Below, in pieces: positions 23,971 through 34,957 of a stretch of DNA of 64,000 nt (positions are counted from its first letter, which is position 1; the number at the start of each line of letters is the position of its first letter). The DNA is from Synechococcus sp. GTDB lineage: Bacteria > Cyanobacteriota > Cyanobacteriia > PCC-6307 > Cyanobiaceae. Under the pieces are notes generated by a model. The model made no database searches and had not been told where the DNA came from. It saw only the letters and a list, made by a program, of their open reading frames with translations. Both the position numbers and the translations under genes were made by a program. The DNA is taken from NCBI GenBank assembly GCA_047285805.1, contig JBJBCN010000002.1:1088001-1152000 (forward strand). Direction: 5' to 3'.

Positions 23971-25029
23971 ATGGCGATCGAGAGAAGTCCGTTGGAGGCG
24001 TTAGCCGATGCCATCGAAGGCCATCCGCAACGCCGCTCGATCGAACGCAGTGTTGTGCTGCTGCTGGAGATCGCGCGCAGCAGCAGCGACCCTGATGAAT
24101 GGCGGCTGATCACCGGGGTCCTGGCAGACATCCGCGATGGATTGAACGTCTTTTCCCCCCATCGCCAAACCCGCAAGGTGACGGTGTTCGGCTCAGCTCG
24201 AACCCAGCCCAACGAGGCGGCCTATCCCTTGGCGGAAGAACTCGCCCGCGAAGCCGCACGTTGCGGCTTTGAGGTAATGACCGGTGCCGGCGGCGGCGTG
24301 ATGGAGGCCGCCAACCGGGGAGCCGGCTGCGAGAACAGCATCGGCCTGAATGTGGATCTGCCGTTTGAGCAGCACGCCAACCGCTATGTGAACGCCTGCG
24401 ATGGGCGCCTTCTGCACTTCCGGTACTTCTTCACGCGCAAGCTCTTCTTCCTGCGCGAGAGCGATGCACTGGTGGTGATGCCGGGTGGTTTTGGCACGTT
24501 TGATGAGCTCTTCGAAGCGCTGACCCTGATCCAAACCGGCCGCACACCGCCAATCCCCGTGGTACTCCTGTCACCAGAAGACGACCCCTTTTGGAGCAAC
24601 TGGCTCGCGACTATCAAGGGCACCCTGCGGGAGCGTGGCCTGATCTCCCCAGAGGACTTCTCTCTGTTCAAGGAGGTCAGCAGTGCCGCTGAGGCCCTCG
24701 AAGAGATCAGCAATTTCTACCGGGTCTTCCACGGCGTGCAATTTGCCGAGGAGAAGCTGGAGTTGCTTCTGCACTGCGCCATGCCCGCGGCCACGGTGGC
24801 GGAGCTCAACCGTCGTTTTGATGCCCTTGTGGATGAGGGGAACATCAGCCAAGGCGAGAGCTGCGACCGCCACGGCATCCTTCGGCCCTGTCTGCGGTTC
24901 CACCTGGATCGGCGCAAAGTGGGTCTGCTCTATCAACTGATCGCTGTCCTGAATCGACTGCCACTGGAGGTTCCACCCTCGATCGAGCAACCTGGACAAC
25001 GTGTATGCACCCCTCCGCCCGCCCCATGA
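23971..25029 (+). CDS. LOG family (TIGR00730-like) protein
   Basis: VTVFGSAR, TGAGGGVMEAANRGA and PGGFGTFDE. Confidence 0.9.
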   Translation: MAIERSPLEALADAIEGHPQRRSIERSVVLLLEIARSSSDPDEWRLITGVLADIRDGLNVFSPHRQTRKVTVFGSARTQPNEAAYPLAEELAREAARCGFEVMTGAGGGVMEAANRGAGCENSIGLNVDLPFEQHANRYVNACDGRLLHFRYFFTRKLFFLRESDALVVMPGGFGTFDELFEALTLIQTGRTPPIPVVLLSPEDDPFWSNWLATIKGTLRERGLISPEDFSLFKEVSSAAEALEEISNFYRVFHGVQFAEEKLELLLHCAMPAATVAELNRRFDALVDEGNISQGESCDRHGILRPCLRFHLDRRKVGLLYQLIAVLNRLPLEVPPSIEQPGQRVCTPPPAP

Positions 25030-25652
25030 CGCGCATCGGCCTGATCGACTACGGGATGGGCAACCTGCACTCCGTGGAGCGGGCCTTCGAACGGCTGGGC
25101 TGTGAGGTGCGGATTCTGCAGCATGCCGAGGCCATGCAGGACTGCCAGGCCCTCGTGCTCCCCGGCGTGGGGGCGTTTGACCCGGCCATGGAACGCCTGA
25201 ACGCCTCTGGACTGGTGCCGGCGATCAAGACCTGGTGCAACGCAGAGCGCCCATTGCTTGGGATTTGCCTGGGTTTGCAACTGCTCTTTGAGGGCAGTGA
25301 TGAAGGATCAGCCGCTGGTCTGGGTCTACTCGCGGGTCATATTGCGGCACTCCCCAAAGTCCCGGGGCACCCAATCCCCCACATGGGCTGGGAAGCCTTG
25401 ATTCCAGGGAAACCCTCGCCGCTCCTACCTGAGGGATCCGCAGAGAACTGGGTGTACTTCGTGCACTCCTTCGCGGCGCAACCCAGCGACCCCAGCTGTG
25501 TGACCGCCTCGGTTTGCTTCGCCGGCCAGCCCGTCACCGCCGCGGTCTGGCAAGGCAGTGTCGGGGCCTGCCAATTCCACCCGGAAAAATCCTCTGAAGC
25601 CGGCGAGCAACTGCTGCGGCGCTGGCTCAGCTGGGTCGAGGCCCAGACATGA
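25026..25652 (+). CDS. hisH: Imidazole glycerol phosphate synthase glutaminase subunit
   Basis: DYGMGNLHSV, GICLG and QFHPEKS. Confidence 0.96.
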   Translation: MTRIGLIDYGMGNLHSVERAFERLGCEVRILQHAEAMQDCQALVLPGVGAFDPAMERLNASGLVPAIKTWCNAERPLLGICLGLQLLFEGSDEGSAAGLGLLAGHIAALPKVPGHPIPHMGWEALIPGKPSPLLPEGSAENWVYFVHSFAAQPSDPSCVTASVCFAGQPVTAAVWQGSVGACQFHPEKSSEAGEQLLRRWLSWVEAQT

Positions 25653-26197
25653 GCCTGCGGCTCAGCGGGGGACGCAAACTGCAGAGTCCCCCTGGAGAGA
25701 TCGCCCGGCCGACCGCCTCCCGCGTCCGCCTGGCGGTCATGAACATGTTGGCGGCGGAGCTCCCCGGCGCCCACTGGCTAGATCTCTTCTGCGGCAGTGG
25801 CGTGATGGGCTGCGAAGCCCTCCTGCGGGGCGCGGCCGAGGTGGTGGCGGTCGAGCAGGACCGGCGCGTCAGTGCGATCGCTCGCAGCAATTTGGAGACG
25901 GTGGCCTCCAGCCTGGAGCCGCGCCCAACCCTGCGCGTCGTCCAACAGGAGGTCATGCGCTGGCTGGAAGCACCCCAGGGGGATGGCTTCGATGTGGTTT
26001 ATGCAGATCCTCCCTATGCCGCGGGGCTATACGAACCCCTCCTGGATCGGCTGGCCGCGGGGGAGTGGCTTCAGCCCCATGGCCTGGTCCTGCTGGAGCA
26101 CGCAACAAAAAACCCGCCGGAGCTTCCGGCGGGCTGGGAAGTGGAGAAGCAAAAGCGCTACGGCAGCTGCAGTCTCGTGATGGTCTCGCGCTGCTGA
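25649..26197 (+). CDS. rsmD: 16S rRNA m2G966 methyltransferase
   Basis: RPT, LDLFCGSG and ADPPY. Confidence 0.9.
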   Translation: MSLRLSGGRKLQSPPGEIARPTASRVRLAVMNMLAAELPGAHWLDLFCGSGVMGCEALLRGAAEVVAVEQDRRVSAIARSNLETVASSLEPRPTLRVVQQEVMRWLEAPQGDGFDVVYADPPYAAGLYEPLLDRLAAGEWLQPHGLVLLEHATKNPPELPAGWEVEKQKRYGSCSLVMVSRC

Positions 26198-26199
26198 GA

Positions 26200-26313
26200 T
26201 CAGCCGCCCAGGGCGCTGCCACGGCGGTACTGGTTCCAGGCCGCCACGAACAATCCAACCAAGGTCACGGGAATCAGACCGAGCACGATGCCGCAGAGCA
26301 GGGGTTCGATCAT
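26200..26313 (-). CDS. petG: Cytochrome b6f subunit V
   Basis: [32 protein letters not shown]. Confidence 0.96.
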   Translation of the reverse strand: MIEPLLCGIVLGLIPVTLVGLFVAAWNQYRRGSALGG

Positions 26314-26386
26314 GGAAGGAGCAGCCTCTTTGGTTGCACAATTCTCCCACGCCCATGGCTGGGTTCGTGACCGATCTGCACCAACC

Positions 26387-26773
26387 GTGACTGCACAGCC
26401 CCCTTCCCCCGCACAACAACCCCAGCGAGGCCTGATCTCGGCGCTGGTGCTGCTGACGGCAATCTGCGTCACGCTCGTGCTGCTGGTGGTCGTCATTCCC
26501 GCCGCCCGCAGCGATCCCTACACCCGCACCACCCTGCAACTGAGCGGCTCCGCTCAGCAGGGAGAGCAACTATTTCTGCTGAACTGCGCCGGCTGCCACG
26601 GCATCGCCGCCCAAGGCTTGGTGGGGCCCAACCTCCACAAGGTGGACAACCGCAAGAACAACCGCCAGCTGATTCAGCAAGTGGTCAGCGGACGCACCCC
26701 GCCCATGCCCCGCTTCCAGCCCGAACCACAAGCCATGGCTGACCTATTGGCTTATCTCCACAGCCTCTCGTGA
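26387..26773 (+). CDS. cytM: Cytochrome cM
   Basis: TM anchor, CAGCH heme motif and TPPMP; start approximate. Confidence 0.85.
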   Translation: MTAQPPSPAQQPQRGLISALVLLTAICVTLVLLVVVIPAARSDPYTRTTLQLSGSAQQGEQLFLLNCAGCHGIAAQGLVGPNLHKVDNRKNNRQLIQQVVSGRTPPMPRFQPEPQAMADLLAYLHSLS

Positions 26774-27486
26774 CGCTCGCGGTGGTGCTGGTGGAGCCAG
26801 CGGGCCCGCTGAATGTGGGCAGCGTCGCCCGACTCTGCGCCAACTTCGACGTCGACGAGCTGCGCCTCGTGGCACCCCGCTGCGACCACCTCGGCGAGGA
26901 GGCCCGGCGGATGGCCGTGCATGGGGAGGCGCTTCTCGAGCGCGCCCAGCTCTTCCCCAACATGGAGGCCGCCCTGGCGGATTGTCGGCGGGTGGTAGCC
27001 ACCAGCGGGCGCATCGAAGAAGAATCTCTACCACTAAGCGGTCCTGCAGAAGCCTTGTCCTGGCTGCAGGGTGGCGTCTCGCCAGACGCTCCAGCCGCAC
27101 TGGTGTTTGGCCGGGAAGACCGCGGGCTCAGCAACGGAGAGCTGCTCCAGGCCGGGCGGATCCTGCGGCTGGACACCAGTGCGGCCTACGCCTCGATGAA
27201 CCTCTCCCATGCCGTCGCCGTCTGCCTGCATGAACTGCGGCGCTGCCCGCCAGCGACGGCAGCCCCCCAGTCAGAGCCCTGCCGGCGAGATCAACTAGAG
27301 GACGCCCTCGCGGATGCGGAGCGACTGCTAATGCAGGTGGGCTTCCTCTACCCCCATACCGCCCAGGCACGCATGGGCAAAGTTCGGGCCCTGCTCCAAC
27401 GGGCCCAGATCCGAGACGAGGAGGTCGCCCTGCTGCGGGGAATGGTGCGTCAATTGCGCTGGGCAGCCCAGCAAGACTGCCCCTAA
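26770..27486 (+). CDS. TrmJ/LasT-family RNA methyltransferase
   Basis: NVGSVAR, VFGREDRGL and SMNLSHAV. Confidence 0.9.
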   Translation: MTLAVVLVEPAGPLNVGSVARLCANFDVDELRLVAPRCDHLGEEARRMAVHGEALLERAQLFPNMEAALADCRRVVATSGRIEEESLPLSGPAEALSWLQGGVSPDAPAALVFGREDRGLSNGELLQAGRILRLDTSAAYASMNLSHAVAVCLHELRRCPPATAAPQSEPCRRDQLEDALADAERLLMQVGFLYPHTAQARMGKVRALLQRAQIRDEEVALLRGMVRQLRWAAQQDCP

Positions 27487-27514
27487 CGTCTGAGCCCAAG
27501 CTTCGATCGCTTCC

Positions 27515-28621
27515 GTGGGCGCAGGCCGGTCACAACGTTCAAACCGCTCCAGCTGGAGCGCACCGGTGCGGTTGGTGCTGCGGCTCCTTGTCATGGGACT
27601 CGGACTCGGGGTGATTGCCGGCACCGGCTTGAAATTGCTGGCCCCAAAACTGGGGCAAGGGGCCGCCCAAGCCGCCAAACCCCAATCGCTGCTGGCGCCC
27701 CCGGGGCGGCCGCTGCCCCGCGGCCTTGCCCTGGGAAGCTTCGAACCGCGGCTGGAGCTCACCGCCTTGAGCAAGCGCTGGGCTCAACTCACCGCCCAAT
27801 ACAAGGACCTCACCGTCAGCGGCTACCTGCTGGTGCTTGATGACGGCCGCTTTGCGGAGCTTGCGCCCCAGCGCCCCTTGCCCGCCGCTAGCTCGATAAA
27901 GACCCCGATTCTGCTCGTGGGCCTTGAGGACCTGGATGCCGGCAAGTTGAGCTGGAACGAGCGCCTCACGATGACCAAGGAAGTGGTTGGCGGGGGCGCA
28001 GGCTGGATGGCGAACAAACCCGTCGGCACCACCTTCCCTTTTTGGGAGGCGGCCAACGAGATGATCCGCGTCAGCGACAACACCGCCACCAACCTGCTGA
28101 TCAAGCGGGTGGGCGGCAAAGCAGTCCTCAATGCCCGCTTCCAAGCCCTGGGGCTCACCAGCACGGCGGTGAACAACTGGCTGCCGGATCTGGACGGCAC
28201 GAACACCACCAGCGCCTATGACCTGGCGCGCTCCATCGCCCTGGTCGATACGGGGGAGAGACTCAGCCCGCGGGCGCGCGATCTCTTCCGGGAGGTCATG
28301 GGCCGATCCCGCACCAACACTCTGTTGCCCCTCGGCATGTTGATGGGACTGGGTAGGGATTCAGCGAACCCGGACAGCGCGCTGATGGCCCACGGGGTGA
28401 CCGTTTACAACAAAACCGGCGACATCGGCATTGCCTACGCCGATGCCGGCCTGATCGAACTCCCCGACGGCAAGCGCGCCGTCGCGGCCTTCATGGTCAA
28501 GGGCCCCTTTAACGACCCGCGCTCGACCAACTTGATCCGGGCCATGGCCGGAGAGATCACGAAGAGCCTGGTGCGCAAACCCGTCCCGGCTCCAGTCAAA
28601 CCCAAGAAACCAACCGCCTAG
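27515..28621 (+). CDS. Class A beta-lactamase-like serine hydrolase (PBP-A type)
   Basis: ASSIK (SxxK), SDN and KTG motifs; N-terminal TM. Confidence 0.88.
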   Translation: MGAGRSQRSNRSSWSAPVRLVLRLLVMGLGLGVIAGTGLKLLAPKLGQGAAQAAKPQSLLAPPGRPLPRGLALGSFEPRLELTALSKRWAQLTAQYKDLTVSGYLLVLDDGRFAELAPQRPLPAASSIKTPILLVGLEDLDAGKLSWNERLTMTKEVVGGGAGWMANKPVGTTFPFWEAANEMIRVSDNTATNLLIKRVGGKAVLNARFQALGLTSTAVNNWLPDLDGTNTTSAYDLARSIALVDTGERLSPRARDLFREVMGRSRTNTLLPLGMLMGLGRDSANPDSALMAHGVTVYNKTGDIGIAYADAGLIELPDGKRAVAAFMVKGPFNDPRSTNLIRAMAGEITKSLVRKPVPAPVKPKKPTA

Positions 28622-28632
28622 GGATAGCGCCG

Positions 28633-29958
28633 ATGCTTCCTGTTCTCCTCGCCGGCAGCCCCACAGCCGCCCCCGTGGTGCGCCCGCAAGAGGTCCGCGC
28701 GCTGCCGGGAAGCCTCGATGGGGTGTTGATGCTGAACGACAACAACCCCGAGCTCATCGGCGGACCGGGGATCCTGCTCTCCACCTTTGGGGGGACCGGC
28801 CACCTGGACCTGCCCCTCAACGGTCGTTTCGACCTCTTCAGCCACCACGTCTACGCGGGCACGACCGAGCAGCCGGACTCCGCCATCTGGCTGGCGGTGG
28901 TGGCCCAACCGCGGGGGGATCAACCGGTACAACTCAGCCTCTTGAGCGGCTCCACCGCCCTCTCCCAGGCCACCGATGGCCGGGAGGCCCAGGCGCCATT
29001 CCTGCCGCTGCCGGAGCGGATGCGCCAGGACGGCTCCACCTACGCCGGACCGGGCAGTCGGGTCGCCACAGAGCTGCTACTGCGCCAGCGCAACCCTGAC
29101 CTGCCCAAACGGTGGACCCTCGCCCCGGGGGTCCCAACAACCCTGCTGCTGCTGCCCATTCCCGTGCAAGGCCTGGACCCGCTGCTGAATGGCCGCAATT
29201 TGCAGCTCCGGCTCCAGGCCAGCGGCCCGATCAGCGTGGCGACCCTGGCCGCCTTTGGAGCAGGGGACAAGCCTCCAAGCCCGTCCGCTCTGCAACAACT
29301 CCTTACATCTGGCGTCCTGAGTCCCAAGGAGCACAAACCCACCCCGCGGGGCGCGCGCGGCCGCATGGTCTATTCGCGGGTCAGCGGGGTGCAAGTCGGC
29401 AGCACATGGAGCGCCGTGATCACGGATCCAGGTCAACCCTGCCTCTCGAGCGCCTCAGCGCCCATCTCCTGGCCGATTGCCTCACTGGAGCGCGGCACCC
29501 TCGGGACTGCCCAAGTACAAACTGCAGAACTCAAGGTCCACTACCCCGACACCGCCTGGGCCGCCCACGGCAACTACGGTGTCGCATACGACATCCGCAT
29601 CCCACTCTGCAATCGCTCCAAGAGCAGCACTGAACTGGCCGTCGCCCTGGAGTCACCGCTGAAAACCGACAAACCCATCGGTGGCCTGCGCTTCAACAGC
29701 AGCCCATCCCGCTCGGTGATGTTTCGCGGCACGGTCGAACTCAGCGGTCTCGACGGCGAAGCCAGCCGCCAAAGCTTTCATGTGGTGCAGCGGGCCGGAC
29801 AGCAGGGCCCTGAACTCGGCCGCATCCAGCTGGCCGCCGGGGGCAAGCGGGAACTGCGCGTGCGCCTTATTTACCCCGCGGATGCCACCCCGCCCCAGGT
29901 CCTCAGCCTGCTGCCTGTGAAACAATCGCCAGCACCGCCAGACAGCCTCCAGCCGTGA
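28633..29958 (+). CDS. DUF3370 family protein
   Basis: NDNNPE, FDLFSHH, AHGNYGV and YPADATPPQVL. Confidence 0.85.
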   Translation: MLPVLLAGSPTAAPVVRPQEVRALPGSLDGVLMLNDNNPELIGGPGILLSTFGGTGHLDLPLNGRFDLFSHHVYAGTTEQPDSAIWLAVVAQPRGDQPVQLSLLSGSTALSQATDGREAQAPFLPLPERMRQDGSTYAGPGSRVATELLLRQRNPDLPKRWTLAPGVPTTLLLLPIPVQGLDPLLNGRNLQLRLQASGPISVATLAAFGAGDKPPSPSALQQLLTSGVLSPKEHKPTPRGARGRMVYSRVSGVQVGSTWSAVITDPGQPCLSSASAPISWPIASLERGTLGTAQVQTAELKVHYPDTAWAAHGNYGVAYDIRIPLCNRSKSSTELAVALESPLKTDKPIGGLRFNSSPSRSVMFRGTVELSGLDGEASRQSFHVVQRAGQQGPELGRIQLAAGGKRELRVRLIYPADATPPQVLSLLPVKQSPAPPDSLQP

Positions 29959-31043
29959 CGCAAGCCCGCAAGCGCAGGGTCTTTCCCTTCACCGCCATCG
30001 TGGGTCAGGAGGAGATGAAGCTGGCCCTGCTGTTGAACGTGATCGATCCGCGCATTGGCGGCGTGATGATCATGGGCGACCGCGGCACCGGTAAGAGCAC
30101 CACGATCCGCGCCCTGGCTGATCTGCTGCCCGAGATCGATGTGGTCGCCGGGGACCCCTACAACAGCTCCGCCCAGGACCCCGATCTGCAGAGCAGTGAG
30201 GTGCGTCAGCGGGATGAGCAGGGAGAGCAACTCCTCACTGAGAAGCGCCAGGTGCCGATGGTGGACCTGCCCCTGGGGGCCACCGAAGACCGCCTCTGCG
30301 GAACCATCGATATCGAGAAGGCTCTAAGCGAGGGTGTCCGGGCCTTTGAGCCCGGCCTGCTTGCCAAGGCCAACCGTGGCCTGCTCTATGTCGATGAGGT
30401 AAACCTCCTCGACGACCACCTGGTGGACGTGCTGCTCGACTCCGCCGCCTCCGGCTGGAACACCGTGGAACGGGAAGGTGTCAGCGTCCGCCACCCGGCC
30501 CGCTTCGTGCTGATTGGTTCGGGCAACCCGGAAGAAGGCGAACTGCGTCCCCAGCTGCTCGACCGTTTCGGCATGAGCGTCGAGGTGCGAACCGTCCGCG
30601 ACCCCGAACTGCGGGTCCAGGTGGTGGACCAGCGCACCGCCTTTGACAACGACCCCGACGGCTTCAACAACGCCGTTCAAGGCACCCAAGACGGCCTGCA
30701 GGCCCGGGTGGTTGAAGCCCAGAGCCGTCTGCCCCAAGTCCAGATCGACGATGACCTGCGGGTGCGCATCTCCGCAATCTGCGGCGAGCTGGATGTAGAT
30801 GGCCTGCGGGGAGACATCGTGACCAACCGGGCCGCGCGGGCCTTGGCCGCCTTCGAAGGCCGCACCGAGGTGACCGAAGACGATGTGGCCCGCGTTGCTG
30901 CCTGCTGCCTGCGTCACCGCCTGCGCAAGGATCCCCTCGAGCAGATCGACTCCGGTGATCGGGTCGTCAAGGTCTTCTGCAAAGTGTTCGAGCGCCCAGA
31001 AAGCACCGACAAGGGCGCCTTCGAACTGGCCCTCGCAGCCTAA
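29955..31043 (+). CDS. chlI: Magnesium chelatase subunit I
   Basis: [21 protein letters not shown] and LYVDEVNLL. Confidence 0.97.
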   Translation: MTQARKRRVFPFTAIVGQEEMKLALLLNVIDPRIGGVMIMGDRGTGKSTTIRALADLLPEIDVVAGDPYNSSAQDPDLQSSEVRQRDEQGEQLLTEKRQVPMVDLPLGATEDRLCGTIDIEKALSEGVRAFEPGLLAKANRGLLYVDEVNLLDDHLVDVLLDSAASGWNTVEREGVSVRHPARFVLIGSGNPEEGELRPQLLDRFGMSVEVRTVRDPELRVQVVDQRTAFDNDPDGFNNAVQGTQDGLQARVVEAQSRLPQVQIDDDLRVRISAICGELDVDGLRGDIVTNRAARALAAFEGRTEVTEDDVARVAACCLRHRLRKDPLEQIDSGDRVVKVFCKVFERPESTDKGAFELALAA

Positions 31044-31048
31044 GGCCC

Positions 31049-31522
31049 TTGCGGATCCTCGGCATCGATCCCGGTCTGGCTCGCGTGGGCTACGGCGTGA
31101 TTGATGTCGAGGAGGGCCCCGGCGGGGCCCAAACCATGCTCGATTGCGGAATCATTCGAACAGACCCCGGGCGCAGCGATGGCGATCGGATGGTCGAAAT
31201 CGCGAAGGACCTGCGGGTGTTGATCCGCACCTGGAGGCCGCAGTTGGCAGCCGTCGAGAAGTTCTTCTTCTACCGCTCCAGCACCACCATCTCCGTGGTC
31301 CAAGCGCGGGGGGTCCTGATGATGACCCTGGCCCGCTTCGGTGTCCCCGTGGTGGAGTTCCCACCGATGCAAATCAAGTTGGCCCTTGCTGGCCATGGCC
31401 ATGCCGATAAGGACGACGTGCTCGACGCGGTGATGCGCGAACTCAACCTCGACACCCCACCACGACCCGACGACGCCGCCGATGCTCTGGCGGTTGCCCT
31501 CACCGGCTGGTTCCAGCGCTGA
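31049..31522 (+). CDS. ruvC: Holliday junction resolvase
   Basis: ILGIDPG and DDAADALA. Confidence 0.95.
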   Translation: MRILGIDPGLARVGYGVIDVEEGPGGAQTMLDCGIIRTDPGRSDGDRMVEIAKDLRVLIRTWRPQLAAVEKFFFYRSSTTISVVQARGVLMMTLARFGVPVVEFPPMQIKLALAGHGHADKDDVLDAVMRELNLDTPPRPDDAADALAVALTGWFQR

Positions 31523-32106
31523 TGGATGCCCCCAAGAAAGAGCTGCGCCGAGCGTTAAAGCAGCGGCGACTGGCGCTCCACCCCAGCTACGCCCCAAGCC
31601 TGCAACGGCAGGCCATCCAACAGCTCCCCCGCCTCCTGCCTGAGGGCAAGGCCCTGGGGCTCTACTGGCCGCTGCCCGGGGAAGTCGATCTGCGGAGCCT
31701 CGCCGACCTCACCGCCCTGGCAGACCGGATTGCCTTGCCCTGCATCACAGGGGGGGAGTTGCGCTATCGCCGCTGGAGCCCCAGCGATCCCACCGCCAAG
31801 GACGAGACCGGCATTCCCGCCCCCACGAGCGCTGAGAGCAACCTCAAAGCGGAGCAGATCGGCCTTCTCTTGGCACCAGCCCTGGCTTTCGATCAAGCGG
31901 GGATCCGCCTGGGCTATGGCGGCGGCTGGTTCGACCGCCTCCGGCAGCAGAGCCCCTGGAACCAGGTGCCCGCCCTAGCTGTCGTCGCGCGGGGCTGCCT
32001 CGTGGAACAGCTCCCCGCCGATCCCTGGGATGTGTCTTTCCCAGGCTGGCTGGATGAGGAGGGCATCCATTGGCGTGATGGAGTGCAACGTCTTGAACAA
32101 CCTTGA
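31522..32106 (+). CDS. 5-formyltetrahydrofolate cyclo-ligase
   Basis: RLGYGGGWFDR. Confidence 0.9.
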   Translation: MDAPKKELRRALKQRRLALHPSYAPSLQRQAIQQLPRLLPEGKALGLYWPLPGEVDLRSLADLTALADRIALPCITGGELRYRRWSPSDPTAKDETGIPAPTSAESNLKAEQIGLLLAPALAFDQAGIRLGYGGGWFDRLRQQSPWNQVPALAVVARGCLVEQLPADPWDVSFPGWLDEEGIHWRDGVQRLEQP

Positions 32107-32339
32107 AGACAAGGCACAGCGGAGCATCGAATTTGGCAGGATCAGTACAATTCACAGTGGCAAGGGTGGATCACGCAGGCAACGACGCAGTCTTTCCCTC
32201 GACCAACACAGGCCGTCCGTCCTCCGCTGACGAGCCCCGCAGCGAGATCAGCACGAGCGCCCTCTCGATGATGGTGAGCTCGATGGTCCACATGGTTCAA
32301 GCCGGCCAGACCCAGACAGACAGCAATTGGTCCGCTTAA
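32103..32339 (+). CDS. Small hypothetical protein
   Basis: ORF in operon position; start uncertain. Confidence 0.4.
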   Translation: MKTRHSGASNLAGSVQFTVARVDHAGNDAVFPSTNTGRPSSADEPRSEISTSALSMMVSSMVHMVQAGQTQTDSNWSA

Positions 32340-32365
32340 GTCGTCAGCAAAGGCCCTGAACGCCA

Positions 32366-32812
32366 ATGCGAGCGACCGTTCTGTTTTGCCTCGTCACTCC
32401 TGTACTGGTCTCAGCCCCCTCGGCCAGGGCCCACGGCATTGAGACGAGCATCAACCGGCTCGAGAGCCTCAACGCCGCTCTAGTGCTACGAAGCCAGTTC
32501 TCAACGGGTGAGCCCACCACCGATGCATTGGTGCGACTGATTGGCCCGGACGGCAGCCAGCACGAGCTAGGGCGAACCGATACCGCGGGGCGCCTCAGCT
32601 TCTCCCTACCGACAGGCAGCCAAGGCGCTTGGGAGGTGCAAGTCGATGGCGGCCCAGGCCACCGCGACTACCTGGAAATGTCCGTCCAGGCCGGTGAAGT
32701 GCAGCTCGATCAAATCAGCACCGGCCACCAACCGCGGCCCCTGATCTGGCTCAGTACCTTCAGTACGACTGCCATGCTGATGGGACTTCAGCGCATGCGA
32801 CGCAACCGTTAA
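32366..32812 (+). CDS. Exported hypothetical protein
   Basis: Signal peptide (ARA-HG), TDTAG, VDGGPGH and C-terminal TM. Confidence 0.7.
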   Translation: MRATVLFCLVTPVLVSAPSARAHGIETSINRLESLNAALVLRSQFSTGEPTTDALVRLIGPDGSQHELGRTDTAGRLSFSLPTGSQGAWEVQVDGGPGHRDYLEMSVQAGEVQLDQISTGHQPRPLIWLSTFSTTAMLMGLQRMRRNR

Positions 32813-33234
32813 TGGCCACCGGCAGCCAAAAGCTCGATCAAATCGTTGACCGCCTCAAAGGCACCGCCGATCCGAAGCGGCGCTACGAATACGTGCTCTG
32901 GCTCGCCAAGAAGCTCGAGCCCCTGCCAGAGGAATTCCGCAACGAAGTCTTCAAGGTCAAAGGTTGCGTGTCCCAGGTGTACGTCGTCGGACAACTGGTG
33001 GACGGCGGGCTCCATTGGCAGGGCGATAGTGATGCCGCCATCACCAAAGGCCTGCTGGCCCTGCTGATCGAGGGCACCGAGGGCCTCGATCCGAGCGCCA
33101 TGGCCGGCCTTGACCCGACCTTCTTGAGTGAAACGGGTCTGCAGGCCAGCCTGACCCCCTCCCGAGCCAATGGCTTTCTGAACATCTTCAAGATGATGCA
33201 GGCCCAGGCCTGCGCCCTGACCCCCGCGGCGTAA
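32812..33234 (+). CDS. sufE: SufE Fe-S assembly protein
   Basis: VKGCVSQV, GDSDA and LTPSRANG. Confidence 0.93.
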   Translation: MATGSQKLDQIVDRLKGTADPKRRYEYVLWLAKKLEPLPEEFRNEVFKVKGCVSQVYVVGQLVDGGLHWQGDSDAAITKGLLALLIEGTEGLDPSAMAGLDPTFLSETGLQASLTPSRANGFLNIFKMMQAQACALTPAA

Positions 33235-33283
33235 ATCCGGGGAGGTCGATTTCTAGGATCACTTCTTTCGGATCGGCGACAGG

Positions 33284-34594
33284 ATGACCATCGGCATCGG
33301 CTTGCTCGGGCTCGGCACTGTGGGAGCAGGCGTTGCGGAAATCCTGCAAACCCCTGACAGTCGCCACCCGCTCGTGGGAAATCTGGCGCTCAAACGCGTG
33401 GCCGTCAGGGATCTGAACCGCCCTCGGCCCATCGATCTCCCCAGCGACATCCTTTGCACCGACCCTGAAGCGGTCGTCCAGGACCCCGCCGTTGACATCG
33501 TCGTTGAGGTCATGGGTGGCCTGGAGCCCGCCCGCAGCCTGATCCTGGCGGCGATTGCGGCCGGGAAGCCGGTCGTCACGGCCAACAAGGCTGTGATCGC
33601 GCGCCACGGCGAAGAAATTGCGGCAGCCGCCGCCGAGAAAGGTGTCTACGTACTGATCGAAGCCGCCGTGGGCGGCGGAATCCCCATCATCGAACCCCTC
33701 AAGCAGTCCCTGGGGGGAAACCGGATCCAGCGGGTGAGCGGAATCATCAACGGCACCACCAACTACATACTCAGCCGGATGGCCGATGAGGGCGCGGCCT
33801 ACGCCGAGGTGCTGGCTGACGCCCAACGTCTGGGTTACGCCGAAGCCGATCCGGCCGCCGATGTGGGCGGTGGTGATGCAGCAGACAAGATTGCCATCCT
33901 CTCGGGCCTGGCCTACGGGGGACCGATCGAGCGCGCGGCAATTCCAACCAAAGGCATCGATCGCCTGGATGGCTGCGATGTGAACTACGCCGAGCAACTG
34001 GGCTATGTGGTGAAACTCGTCGCCCAAGCCAAGAACCTCGGCACCGCAAGCGATGGCACTGTCCAGCTGGATGTTCGGGTGAGTCCTACCCTGCTGCCGA
34101 AGGATCACCCCCTCGCCGGCGTGCATGGCGTGAACAACGCGATTCTGGTGGAAGGCGACCCCGTCGGTCGCGTGATGTTCTACGGCCCCGGCGCAGGATC
34201 CGGCCCCACCGCATCCGCCGTGGTCGCGGACATCTTGAACATCGCCGGCATCCGCGCTGCAACGGGAAACAACGGCGGACTCGACCCCCTCTTGGCGGCA
34301 AACCGCTGGCGCAACTGTGCCCTGGTGGATGCCGGAGAAACCATGCAACGGCACTACGTGCGCCTGCAAACCGGCGATGAAGCCGGGGTGATCGGCCTCA
34401 TTGGGAGCTGCTTTGGCGACCAGGGCGTCTCGATTCGCTCGATCGTCCAGTTCGAAACCACCGGGGATGCGGCCGACGCCGAAATCGTGGTGATCACCCA
34501 TGAGGTGAAACAGCAGCACTTCGCCCAGGCCCTGGGTGCGATCAAGGCGCTGCCCGAGGTGAAAGCCGTCGCGGCCTGCCTACCCACGCTCTAG
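33284..34594 (+). CDS. hom: Homoserine dehydrogenase
   Basis: GLGTVG, TANK, NGTTNYIL and C-terminal ACT domain. Confidence 0.95.
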   Translation: MTIGIGLLGLGTVGAGVAEILQTPDSRHPLVGNLALKRVAVRDLNRPRPIDLPSDILCTDPEAVVQDPAVDIVVEVMGGLEPARSLILAAIAAGKPVVTANKAVIARHGEEIAAAAAEKGVYVLIEAAVGGGIPIIEPLKQSLGGNRIQRVSGIINGTTNYILSRMADEGAAYAEVLADAQRLGYAEADPAADVGGGDAADKIAILSGLAYGGPIERAAIPTKGIDRLDGCDVNYAEQLGYVVKLVAQAKNLGTASDGTVQLDVRVSPTLLPKDHPLAGVHGVNNAILVEGDPVGRVMFYGPGAGSGPTASAVVADILNIAGIRAATGNNGGLDPLLAANRWRNCALVDAGETMQRHYVRLQTGDEAGVIGLIGSCFGDQGVSIRSIVQFETTGDAADAEIVVITHEVKQQHFAQALGAIKALPEVKAVAACLPTL

Positions 34595-34756
34595 TGGCAG
34601 CCCCAGGGGCACCTGGGCCAGAGTCGGGGAACCGGTTGGTGCCGTTCCCCTGACCCAAACGCCGTTCTGTAGCTCTCCGAACGTTTTGAGCGCAGACAAC
34701 GCGGAACCCTGGGCGCGTCAGCTGGTTTGCGCTTCGGCCTCACCCCTCCGTTGGCC

Positions 34757-34957
34757 ATGACCTCAGTTAGCACCTTTCATCAAGGCGATTGCGTCACTCT
34801 CGTGAGCGACTCGCATACGTACCAAGTGGTTGGCATTGATAACAGCCACAACCGCTGCTGGGTGCGGCGCTGGCCCCTCGCCCGCCACGGGTGTCCCGTC
34901 TTTGAAATTTCCCTGCAACAGCTCGAGGGACACCGAGCCATCACCTCCGCAAATTGA
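34757..34957 (+). CDS. Small conserved hypothetical protein
   Basis: YQVVGID...CWVRRWPL. Confidence 0.65.
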   Translation: MTSVSTFHQGDCVTLVSDSHTYQVVGIDNSHNRCWVRRWPLARHGCPVFEISLQQLEGHRAITSAN